DNA of 64,000 bases, from assembly GCA_019244185.1 (NCBI GenBank), contig JAFATB010000023.1, forward strand, positions 1-64,000. Reading direction: 5' to 3'. The notes under the pieces were generated by a model that was given only the letters and a program-made list of their open reading frames with translations, was not told where the DNA came from and searched no databases. Made by a program: the position numbers and the translations under genes. Source of the DNA: Acidobacteriota bacterium. Its GTDB lineage: Bacteria; Acidobacteriota; Thermoanaerobaculia; Gp7-AA8. Below, piece after piece: positions 37,208-45,766 of the stretch (its first letter is position 1; the number at the start of each line of letters is the position of its first letter).

Positions 37208-37239
37208 ACGCCACCCGATTGTAGGCCGGCACGGCCGGC

Positions 37240-37391
37240 TGCGCTAAGGGCCGAGCCGACCCTCACGTACGGCTGCCGCGCGAGTTCACGATGTGGCGGA
37301 TGCACGAGAGACGGCGACGAGCTCGCGTGCAGCCGCGCCGGATGAAATCGCGCTGCAGCCGTACGTGCAACTGGGCTCGGCCCTTAGCGCA
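37240..37391. repeat. 152-bp nested inverted repeat (long hairpin, MITE/REP-like)
   Basis: Perfect 18-bp termini 37240-57/37374-91; perfect 13-bp inner arms 37264-76/37355-67; further inner pairings. Confidence 0.8.
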
Positions 37392-37413
37392 CCGGGCCGC
37401 GCCCGGCGGCCGG

Positions 37414-37508
37414 CGGAGGCGTGTCGGAATCGAACCAACCTTTCGACGCTTCCGCGCCGAAACAACGGTTTTGAAGACCGCGGGAGCCACCAGACCCCAT
37501 TCGCCTCC
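37414..37508 (-). tRNA. selC: tRNA-Sec (anticodon UCA)
   Basis: Acceptor GGAGGCG/CGCCTCC, 6-bp D-stem with TGGT loop, anticodon loop CTTCAAA, long variable arm, TTCGATT T-loop; CCA not encoded. Confidence 0.93.
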
Positions 37509-37582
37509 CGGTTTCCGGGCTGGCGACGATACCTGAAACGCGGCTCGCGCGTCGATGAGACCTGCTGCGCTCGATCGGTCGG

Positions 37583-38516
37583 GTGGTGTTGGCGACGGTA
37601 GGTGCGGGGGTCGTGGCGTTTCTCGTGTTCGCGGCGGTGTTACGCCAGCCGGTGCTCTCCGCGCCGCGGTATGGAGGTGCGCGTGCGAGCGCGGAGGTGC
37701 TTCGTCAACACGTTGACTTTCTGGCGAAGAGCGTGTTGCCGCGGAGTGCGGCGCATCCGGAGAACCTCGATCGCGCGGCGGCGTACATCGCGGACGCGTT
37801 TCGACGCGCGGGTGCGGAGGTCGTGGAGCAACCGTTCCGCGCGCGCGGACGCGTGTCCCGCAACGTCATCGCGCGGTTCGGACCGCGCGATGCGCGGCAG
37901 CCGCTGCTCGTGGTCGGCGCGCACTACGACGCGTTCGGCGAGACGGGCGCGCTGCCCGGCGCCGACGACAACGCGAGCGGCACCGCGGGTCTCCTCGAGC
38001 TCGCCCGCATCCTCCGCGACTCCAACGTGCACGCGCCCGTGGAGCTCGTCGCCTTCACGACGGAAGAGCCGCCGTTCTTCGGCTCGGAGGAGATGGGAAG
38101 CGCGGTCCACGCCGCGTCGCTTGCGGGACGACCGGTGCGCGGCATGATCAGTCTGGAGATGATCGGCGTCTTCTCTGGCGAGCAGACGTGGCCATCGCCG
38201 CTCTTCGCGTGGCTCTACACCGATCGGAGCGACTTCATCGCCGTCGCCGGCGGCTGGTCGGATCGCGCGCTTGCGCGTCAGGTGAAGCGCGGCATCCGCG
38301 GCGTGGGCGGCGTCGACGTCTACTCGTTCAGCGGTGCGCGAGAACTGTCCGACGCTTCCGACCAGCGCAGCCACTGGGCGCGCGGCTGGACGGCGGTCAT
38401 CGTCACCGACACCGAGTACCTGCGCAATCCGCGCTACCACACGAACCGCGACACCGCGGAGACGCTCGACTACGCGTTGATGGCGCGCGTTGTCGACGGC
38501 GTCGCGAACGCGGTCA

Positions 38517-38536
<20 letters not shown>
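37583..38536 (+). CDS. M28 family peptidase
   Basis: VGAHYD, PGADDNASG, TTEEPP, SLEMIG, SDQ, YHT..DT. Confidence 0.9.
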
Positions 38537-38939
<403 letters not shown>

Positions 38940-38947
38940 GTCGCCTC

Positions 38948-39394
38948 CTACTGCCCGCCGCCGGCCATCTGCCTGCCCGCCATCTGGTTCTCGGTGAGGA
39001 TTGCCACGCCGCGGAACTCCGCCGCGTTCGCCGCGCGCATCACCGTGCGGATCTTCCCGAAGTTAATGCGCTTGTCCGCTTTGAGCAGCACCGCGCGCGT
39101 CGGGTCCTTCTGATATTCGGCTCGCAGATACGTGTCGAGCTGTTTGTCGGGAATCCAGTTCTGGCCGACGAAGACCGTGCCGTCCGACTTCACGGAGATG
39201 ATCAGATCGCTCGGCTGCCCCGGCTTCTTCTCGGCGTGCGGACCCGCGGGCAGCAACACGTCGACGCCCTGCTGCAGCATGGGCGTGACGACCATAAAGA
39301 TGATGAGCAGCACGAGGCAGACGTCGACGAGCGGCGTGACGTTGATCTCGCTCCTGACTTCGTCGGGGCTTCCGCCGCCGGCTCCGAATGCCAT
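38948..39394 (-). CDS. exbD: ExbD/TolR biopolymer transport protein
   Basis: SEINVTPLVDVCLVLLIIFMV; LKADK. Confidence 0.92.
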   Translation of the reverse strand: MAFGAGGGSPDEVRSEINVTPLVDVCLVLLIIFMVVTPMLQQGVDVLLPAGPHAEKKPGQPSDLIISVKSDGTVFVGQNWIPDKQLDTYLRAEYQKDPTRAVLLKADKRINFGKIRTVMRAANAAEFRGVAILTENQMAGRQMAGGGQ

Positions 39395-39403
39395 CGCTCG
39401 CTC

Positions 39404-40117
39404 CTACGTCGTGGCCCGCGCCCGCGCGCGCGCTTCGTTCTTGATGAAGTAGTCGATCAGCTGCGACGAGGAGTTCGACATCTCGACCTGGAATCGCTCG
39501 ACCTTGTTGAGGAAGTAGTTGTACATCCACACCGCGGGCACGGCGACGAAGAGGCCGAGCGCGGTCGTCGCGAGCGCTTCCGCGATGCCGGCCGACACGG
39601 CGCCAAGACCGCCCGAGCCGGAGATGGCCATGCCGCGGAACGCGTTGATGATGCCGATGACGGTGCCGAAGAGACCGACGAACGGCGCGGTCGTCGAGAT
39701 CGTGGCGAGGTTGCCGAGGCCTTTCTTCATCTCCGCCGTCGTCATCAGCGTCTCACGCTCGATCGCCCTCTTTCCCGACTCGACGATGTCGAAGTCCTCG
39801 GGGAGCTCCTGCGACGACTGATACTGAAACTCCGTGAGGCCCGCCGACAGCACGCGCGCGAGGTGGCTGTGGCGGAAGCGGCGGTCCTTCGTGAAGTTGA
39901 TCGCCTGATCGAGCTTGTGATCGCGCAGCAGAGGCGTGACGCCGAGGGCGACCTGCAGCGACTCTTTCTTCGCGCGCTGGAAGCGCCACAGACGCTCGAC
40001 CGCGATCGTGAGCGACCAGATCGACATGAGGAGCAAGACCGACGCGACGCCCTTGCCCAGCAGCGTCATCGACTGCCACATGCCCAAGATACTGAAACTG
40101 GCGTCCATCCCTTCCAT
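39404..40117 (-). CDS. exbB: MotA/TolQ/ExbB proton channel protein
   Basis: LATISTTAPFVGLFGTV.GI, GIAEALATTALGL; GAGGAG RBS before ATG 40117. Confidence 0.92.
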   Translation of the reverse strand: MEGMDASFSILGMWQSMTLLGKGVASVLLLMSIWSLTIAVERLWRFQRAKKESLQVALGVTPLLRDHKLDQAINFTKDRRFRHSHLARVLSAGLTEFQYQSSQELPEDFDIVESGKRAIERETLMTTAEMKKGLGNLATISTTAPFVGLFGTVIGIINAFRGMAISGSGGLGAVSAGIAEALATTALGLFVAVPAVWMYNYFLNKVERFQVEMSNSSSQLIDYFIKNEARARARATT

Positions 40118-40134
40118 GCTGCACGTCTCCTCTG

Positions 40135-40923
40135 CTATTCGATTTTGAAGTTGATCGTGAGGTTGTAATACACCGGCACCGCCTGTCCGTTGAGCGTGCC
40201 CGGTCTGAACTTCCACTGCCGCAGCGCGTTGAGCGCCGTTTCATCGAGCCCCATCCCAAGACTCTTGAGGATGCGCGCCTCGGTCACGTTGCCGTTGCGA
40301 TCGATGACCGCCTCGATGATCACGAATCCCTGCACGCGCGCACGCCGCGCGACGTCCGTATACAACGGATCTACGCGTTTGACGATCACCGGCGCCTTGA
40401 CGTTCCCTCCGACGCGCACCGGGACGTCGCCGGTGCCGCCGACCTGGCCGCCCAACTGCCCGCCGAGCTGACCGCCGACCACGCCGCCGACGACACCACC
40501 CACCACGCCACCGACGACGCCACCTTCGACGCCGCCGACCACGCCGCCTTCCACGCCGCCGGTCGTGTCGGTGTCGGCGGAGGTCTCGGGGACGTCGGGC
40601 ACGTCCTGCGGGACTTCGGTCGGCTGCCGGAACGTCGGCTGCTTCGGCGTCTCGTGCGGCGTCTCGACTTTCGGTTTCGGATGCGAGGCGCCCGACGCGG
40701 GGGCGGGCGGCGGCGGGGGTGGAGGCGGCGGTGGGGGCGCGGAGGTGACGATGAACGCCGCGATCGGTTTCTCGACGGTCTCGGGATGCTCGTGAACGTA
40801 CATCCCCGCCGCCACGACGGCGCCGACGATGCCGAGGTGAATGACCGCGGAAATCACGGCGGTGATCCACCCGCCCTTCTTCTTGTCTTTCCCCGCGGAT
40901 TCGATGAGCACATCGTCGAACAT
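40135..40923 (-). CDS. tonB: Energy transducer TonB
   Basis: TM with SxxxH, poly-Pro, GGVEGGVVGG repeats, TonB C-terminal domain (ARRARVQG.V, QWKFRPG). Confidence 0.92.
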   Translation of the reverse strand: MFDDVLIESAGKDKKKGGWITAVISAVIHLGIVGAVVAAGMYVHEHPETVEKPIAAFIVTSAPPPPPPPPPPPAPASGASHPKPKVETPHETPKQPTFRQPTEVPQDVPDVPETSADTDTTGGVEGGVVGGVEGGVVGGVVGGVVGGVVGGQLGGQLGGQVGGTGDVPVRVGGNVKAPVIVKRVDPLYTDVARRARVQGFVIIEAVIDRNGNVTEARILKSLGMGLDETALNALRQWKFRPGTLNGQAVPVYYNLTINFKIE

Positions 40924-40958
40924 CGCGAATCCCCTTTGTTTCGAGGACAACGGCCTGT

Positions 40959-40973
40959 GCTGAAGTAGTGCCA
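40959..40973 (-). promoter_or_regulatory. Candidate sigma54 promoter of the tonB operon
   Basis: TGGCACTACTTCAGC (GG-N10-GC) ~35 nt upstream of ATG. Confidence 0.5.
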
Positions 40974-41024
40974 AACGGTTCGACACCGCCCGCTCGCGGG
41001 GAGAAACCGGCGCCGGCGTTGCCG

Positions 41025-41750
41025 TTACGGGCGGTTCGCCGCCCGCAGCAAGGCGAGGAAGCGCTGCGCGTCGCGCACGCGCGGGACGTTGTTGAACATG
41101 ACGTAGGTCTCGGGCGTCCGCGGCAGCCGCGCGATGAGCGTCCGCAGCTCGTCGTCCGTGTAGACGTGATACGCGTTCCCGATGCCGTGCAGCCGCCAGT
41201 AGGTGAGCGGCTGCTCGATCGCGTCGCGGTCGAACGGATCGACGACATGCGTCAGCGCGAGCTCGCCGCAGAGTTCCGCGATCAGCTCCTGCGGCCACGG
41301 CCCGCGCGGCTCCCACAGGAACCGCACGCCGTCCGGACGCTCGACGTTCGTAAAGAAGCGTCGCAGGTTTACGACGTTCGCGTCTTCCGCGCGAAAACTC
41401 GCCGGACATTGAAAGAGAATCGCCGTCGCGCGCAGGATCCGCGCCGCCTCGACGGTCGAGTCCCACGCGCGCCGCAGAATGGGCGTCCATTGAAAGCCGC
41501 CGCATTGTGCGCGCTCGTCGTCATTGAGCGGCGTGCGCAGACGCCGATAAGTGCGGCTTGACGAGCGATGCGTAATGAGCTGCCAAGCCTTGATCGTGAA
41601 TTCGAACCCTTCCGGCGCCTGCTCCCGCCACCGGAGCATGGTGCGCGGCGCGGGCGGCTCATAAAACGTCTGCTGCACTTCGACGAGTGGGAAGGTCTCG
41701 AAGTAGTCGCGGATGTTCATGGTGAAGCCGCAGAGGCCGACTTTGATCAT
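41025..41750 (-). CDS. DUF72 domain protein
   Basis: VEVQQTFY, FEFTIKA, LFQCPASF, YWRLHG, YVMFNN. Confidence 0.9.
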   Translation of the reverse strand: MIKVGLCGFTMNIRDYFETFPLVEVQQTFYEPPAPRTMLRWREQAPEGFEFTIKAWQLITHRSSSRTYRRLRTPLNDDERAQCGGFQWTPILRRAWDSTVEAARILRATAILFQCPASFRAEDANVVNLRRFFTNVERPDGVRFLWEPRGPWPQELIAELCGELALTHVVDPFDRDAIEQPLTYWRLHGIGNAYHVYTDDELRTLIARLPRTPETYVMFNNVPRVRDAQRFLALLRAANRP

Positions 41751-41810
41751 GCGCAGCGTTCAGGGAGCAAGAAGGCCGCCCATCAACAGCGCGCGCGGCG
41801 CGCAGTCGGA

Positions 41811-41845
41811 AAAACGAAAAGCGCCGGTCATGCCTGACCGGCGCT
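41811..41845 (-). terminator. Rho-independent terminator after tRNA-Ala
   Basis: AGCGCCGGTCA/TGACCGGCGCT stem followed by a T-rich tract on the minus strand. Confidence 0.8.
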
Positions 41846-41862
41846 GCATCGTCTTCGGGAAT

Positions 41863-41939
41863 TGGTGGAGCCGATGAGGATCGAACTCACGACCTCCTGA
41901 ATGCCATTCAGGCGCTCTCCCAAACTGAGCTACGGCCCC
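41863..41939 (-). tRNA. tRNA-Ala (GGC)
   Basis: GGGGCCGTAGCTCAGTTTGGGAGAGCGCCTGAATGGCATTCAGG...TTCGATCC...CTCCACCA; G3-U70 pair. Confidence 0.97.
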
Positions 41940-42221
41940 ACGTTCTCGTCGCGCGACCGAGGCGCGAAGAGCAACGCCGCTAACGCGGCGGCACCTGAAA
42001 AATTTCAGGGCGGGCGCATTCTACGGGAGTGCGTTAGCATTCGGCAATGCGCAGGGGAAAGCCGAAGTTCGGTCGCCAGCGATCGGCCAGCGGAGCGTTC
42101 TCGCTCTCCCGTTCCCTCCCCGCGCTCAAGCTGCCGCGCTCCGCGGCGGCCGCGTCCGGTGCCCGCCCGAAGCCGCGCATCGGGAAGCCCTCACCGGCCG
42201 GCGGTGTTAGGGGCGGCCGGA

Positions 42222-42500
42222 ATGGATGAACAGGAACCGTTGCACCCGGCCATCCGCGGTCTGAAGACCGTCTGCCGCTGCAACAACATCAAATACCGCA
42301 CGATCGAGCGGGCCATCCGCGAGGGAGCGCACACGCTGACGCAGGTCGCGAACCGCACCACCGCCACGATGGGCGAGTGCGGCGGCTCCTGCACGCCGGA
42401 CGTTCAGGCCATGCTCGACGAGCTGGCCCCCGCGTATACGCAACTCCCGAAAGCCGCCCCGGCGGCAAATCCGGATGCATGGTGGGTACGGAAGAAATGA
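42222..42500 (+). CDS. BFD-like [2Fe-2S]-binding protein
   Basis: VCRCNN....I..AI..GA and ECGGSC. Confidence 0.85.
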   Translation: MDEQEPLHPAIRGLKTVCRCNNIKYRTIERAIREGAHTLTQVANRTTATMGECGGSCTPDVQAMLDELAPAYTQLPKAAPAANPDAWWVRKK

Positions 42501-42841
42501 CGAAAACTCTCGAGGTCTACCTCAAGCCTTCCTGAACGAGCTGCCGCAAGGCGGTGGCCGACCTGGAAGGTCGGGGATACGAACTGGTGAAGCACAACCT
42601 CGCGAACGACCGCCCGAGCCGCGAGCTCCTCGCGCGCCTCATCGACGAGCACGGACTCGACTCCGTGATGAACGCGCGCAGCCCCGCCTTCAAAGCCCGC
42701 AACCTCGGCGAGCGGAAGCTGGACAAGGCGGAAGCGATCGCGCTGATGCTCGAGGATCCGAACCTCATCCGGAGGCCGCTCGTCCTCGGCAAGCGCCGCG
42801 TCGTCTTCGGTCACAAGCCGGAGGAGTACGACGGCCTGTGA
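42497..42841 (+). CDS. ArsC/Spx-family selenoprotein (UxxC), Sec at codon 13
   Basis: ATG overlaps the bfd stop; MTKTLEVYLKPS-TGA(42533-35)-TSCRKA continues in frame to DPNLIRRPLV; hairpin CCGACCT-GGA-AGGTCGG at 42558-74. Confidence 0.88.
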
Positions 42842-43110
42842 CGATGATTACGCCGTCGGCGATGGCCATCGCCACGATCACGGTGATGCTCTGGATCGTC
42901 TGGAGCGACACGATCCGCGCGAAGCGGCCCGCGCCGATCCTCTACGCGGTGCGCGTGGCGCTGTATCTCATCGTCACCGGGCTCTTGATCCTGAACCTCG
43001 TGCGCTACCCGCGGCTGTACAGCAGCGGCGCGCGCGCCGTTACCATCGTGGCCGCTTTGACCGGCCTCGTCGGTGCAGTGTATTTCGCACGGAGGCTCGT
43101 AAAGCGTTAG
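42838..43110 (+). CDS. Small 3-TM hypothetical membrane protein
   Basis: GTGA overlap with the upstream stop; three hydrophobic segments. Confidence 0.7.
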   Translation: MTMITPSAMAIATITVMLWIVWSDTIRAKRPAPILYAVRVALYLIVTGLLILNLVRYPRLYSSGARAVTIVAALTGLVGAVYFARRLVKR

Positions 43111-43154
43111 TTGTGTGGAAATGGAAACCTTTCCGAGTCTTAGTTCCGTATCAG

Positions 43155-43183
43155 TAGACAGTGCGGAAAAAATGCACTATGAT
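43155..43183 (+). promoter_or_regulatory. sigma70-type promoter
   Basis: TAGACA-N17-TATGAT. Confidence 0.7.
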
Positions 43184-43189
43184 GCTTCT

Positions 43190-43323
43190 GGGTTCGGTGA
43201 GGGTTGGCAGCTCTCCGAAGCGGATCTGACGAAGTCGCGGGGCCTGCGAATCTCTCTCTCTCGATCTCCCACGACGATACGGCTACCCACAAGCCGTCCT
43301 AGCGTCGATCCTCGGCCGGACCC
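43190..43323 (+). ncRNA. Candidate 134-nt structured ncRNA of unknown family
   Basis: Starts 7 nt after the -10 box; 5' and 3' ends pair over ~20 bp with several G-U pairs; three internal hairpins; followed by a T-run and terminator. Confidence 0.7.
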
Positions 43324-43343
43324 ACTTTTTTGCTGATGATTCG

Positions 43344-43371
43344 GAGCCGCGATTCTCGCGGCTCTTTTTTT
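43344..43371 (+). terminator. Rho-independent terminator
   Basis: GAGCCGCGA-TTC-TCGCGGCTC-TTTTTTT. Confidence 0.88.
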
Positions 43372-43420
43372 CCTCCACGGAGCGCGGCTCCTGTCCGTTT
43401 TGCGACAATCCCCCCGTTTC

Positions 43421-45766
43421 ATGCCGCTTCTCCTTCATTCACTCGCCGCGCTCGCGCTCGTCGGTCTCGCGCATCGCTTCGTGCGCCCGCTCTCGCGCGG
43501 CGCGGCGCTCGTCCTCTTCGCGCTGCCGTTCGTCATCGCCGGCTACGCGCTTCTGACCTCGCGCGTCCTCGCGCCGGTCGACCTCGCGTATCAGACCGTG
43601 CCGCTCAACTGGATGAAGGAGACGTACGGCGTCAGCGACGTGAGCACCGGACTGCACAGCGACGTGCTGTCGCAGTTCATCCCGTGGCGCGCGGCCGTGC
43701 GCGACTCGCTCGCACGCGGCGAGTGGGGCCTCTGGAACCGCTACGCCTTCGCGGGCGACATCCTGCTCGCGGGCGAGCAGCCGGCGGTCTTCTCGCCGAT
43801 CACGCTCCTCGCGTGTCTGCTGCCCGCGGCGCTGAGCTTCACCTTCACCGGCGCGCTGACGCTCTTCATCGCCGCGCTCTGCGCGTTCCTCCTCGCGCGC
43901 GAACTCGATTGCGGCGAGCCGGCGGCGCTCGTCGCCGCGGCGTCGTGGTCGCTCGCGACCTCGCTCGTCGTCTTCGTACTCGTGCCGCTCGGCGCGACGT
44001 GGGCGTGGGCGCCGCTGCTGTTCGTGAGCGTCCAGCGTCTCGTGCGCGCGCCGCGCATCGCCTCCGCCGCGCTGCTCGCGTTCACGTTCACTGCATTGCT
44101 CGCGGCCGCGCATCTCGAATCCGTGTTGCTCATCGTCGCATTGGGCGTCGCGTACGCGCTGCTCGAGCTCGCGCGGCGGCCGTCGGTACGCGCGGTCGCG
44201 CTCGCGGCGGGCGCGGGCGTCGTCGCGCTGCTCGTTTCGGCCGTGCATCTCCTGCCGTTCTTCGAGGCGCTGCCGTGGACGATGGAGTACGCGACGCGCG
44301 ACCTGTTCCGCGACTCGGCGCGCGGCGTGCCGCTGCCCGACGCCGCGCTGCGGATGCTGATGACGTTCTTCCCGTACCTCAACGGACGGCCGCCGGTGAC
44401 GTCGTTCATGAACGGCGCGATCGGCAGCATTGCCACCGCGCTCGCGCTGTACGCGCTGTGGCGCGTGCGCTCGCGCGCGACGTGGTTCTTCGGCGCGACG
44501 TTCCTCGCCTGTCTCGTCATCGCGTCGGAATGGCGTCCCGTCGCGACGCTGCTCGGGCGTGTGCCGCTCTTCGACATCGCCATCTTCGACCGCATGGCCT
44601 TTGGCGCCGCGCTATCGCTGGCCGTGCTCGCCGCGCTCGGCGCCGAAGCGCTCGCGCGGCGCGGCGGCGATCGCGCGGCGGGCGCGACGCTCGCGGCGTG
44701 GTTCGTCGTCGTCGCCGCCGGCAACTACGCGTTGCTGCACGCGGCGTCCGTTCCGCGCGGTCCGGTGAAATTCGGCGAGCACGTTGTCGCCGCAGAGCTC
44801 GTGCCGCTCGCGTTCGCAGCGGCGCTGTTGTTTCGCAAACGTGCCGCGCTGCCCGCGCTGCTCGCGCTCATCATCGTGCAGCGCTGGCTCGCGGTCAGCG
44901 ACGCGCAGAAGTCGTTTCCGCGTCGCGCTGCCTATCCGCCGATCCCGATCCTCGAACCGCTGCGCGCGATCCGCACGCCGTTCCGCATCGTCGGCCACGG
45001 CAACGCGCTCATCCCCGGCACGGCCACGCTGTACGGACTCGAAGACGCGCGCGGCTACTCGGCGATGACGCTGCTGCGCTACCGCGAAACGTACGGCCTG
45101 TGGTGCGTCGAACAGCCGGTGTGGTTCAACCGCGTCGACGATCTCTCGCGGCCGTTCCTCTCATTCCTCAACGTCCGCTACGCCATCACGTGGGACCGCG
45201 CGGTGCCGCCGCCGGGATGGACGGAAGTGGCGCGGCAGCGCGGCGCGATCCTGCTCGAGAACCACAACGCGCTCGATCGCGCCTTCGTGCCGCGCGGCGT
45301 GCACGTCGGCGCGAGCACGAACGTCACGCTGATGGAGATGGCGCTCGCCACCGACTTTGCCGACCGCGCGTGGATCGAGGCGAACGTTCCCGCGCCGTAC
45401 GACTCCGCGAACGGGCCGGGGCGGCTCACGATCGCTAACGCGCGCCTCGGCTACGCGATCGACGCGGACATGCAGAACGACGGCTGGATCGTGACGTCGA
45501 TCGCGGCGTGGCCCGGCTGGCGCGCGTACGTCGACGGCCGCCGCGTCGACACGAACATCGCCAATCATGCGTTCGTCTCGGTGCGCGTCCCGCGCGGACA
45601 TCACCGCGTCGCGCTGCGCTACTTTCCGGACGGCTTCGCGGTGGGAAGGACGATCAGCGCGGTGACGCTCGCGCTGATCGTCCTCGCGTCGCTACTGTTT
45701 CATCGCCGCAAGCCGCTTCTCGAGGCTGGCGATGCGGCCGTCGCTGCGCTGCCCCTCGGGGAGTGA
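43421..45766 (+). CDS. YfhO-family multi-TM protein (GT-C glycosyltransferase-like)
   Basis: SDV..QFIPW, LWNRYAFAG, GLEDARGY, LNVRY, WPGWRAYVDG, ANHAF..V.VP.G.H.V. Confidence 0.85.
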   Translation: MPLLLHSLAALALVGLAHRFVRPLSRGAALVLFALPFVIAGYALLTSRVLAPVDLAYQTVPLNWMKETYGVSDVSTGLHSDVLSQFIPWRAAVRDSLARGEWGLWNRYAFAGDILLAGEQPAVFSPITLLACLLPAALSFTFTGALTLFIAALCAFLLARELDCGEPAALVAAASWSLATSLVVFVLVPLGATWAWAPLLFVSVQRLVRAPRIASAALLAFTFTALLAAAHLESVLLIVALGVAYALLELARRPSVRAVALAAGAGVVALLVSAVHLLPFFEALPWTMEYATRDLFRDSARGVPLPDAALRMLMTFFPYLNGRPPVTSFMNGAIGSIATALALYALWRVRSRATWFFGATFLACLVIASEWRPVATLLGRVPLFDIAIFDRMAFGAALSLAVLAALGAEALARRGGDRAAGATLAAWFVVVAAGNYALLHAASVPRGPVKFGEHVVAAELVPLAFAAALLFRKRAALPALLALIIVQRWLAVSDAQKSFPRRAAYPPIPILEPLRAIRTPFRIVGHGNALIPGTATLYGLEDARGYSAMTLLRYRETYGLWCVEQPVWFNRVDDLSRPFLSFLNVRYAITWDRAVPPPGWTEVARQRGAILLENHNALDRAFVPRGVHVGASTNVTLMEMALATDFADRAWIEANVPAPYDSANGPGRLTIANARLGYAIDADMQNDGWIVTSIAAWPGWRAYVDGRRVDTNIANHAFVSVRVPRGHHRVALRYFPDGFAVGRTISAVTLALIVLASLLFHRRKPLLEAGDAAVAALPLGE

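Noticed and set aside
40440-40560. 12-bp tandem repeats
   Set aside because: They encode the GGV(E/V)/GGQL linker of TonB; not CRISPR or a non-coding VNTR
42533-42535. In-frame TGAs at 42533 and 46849 read as pseudogene lesions
   Set aside because: Both fall exactly on the first Cys of a CxxC motif, have downstream hairpins, and tRNA-Sec is present
43115-43336. 73-aa ORF over the ncRNA candidate
   Set aside because: Atypical codon usage, no motifs, and it spans a clear promoter and structured RNA
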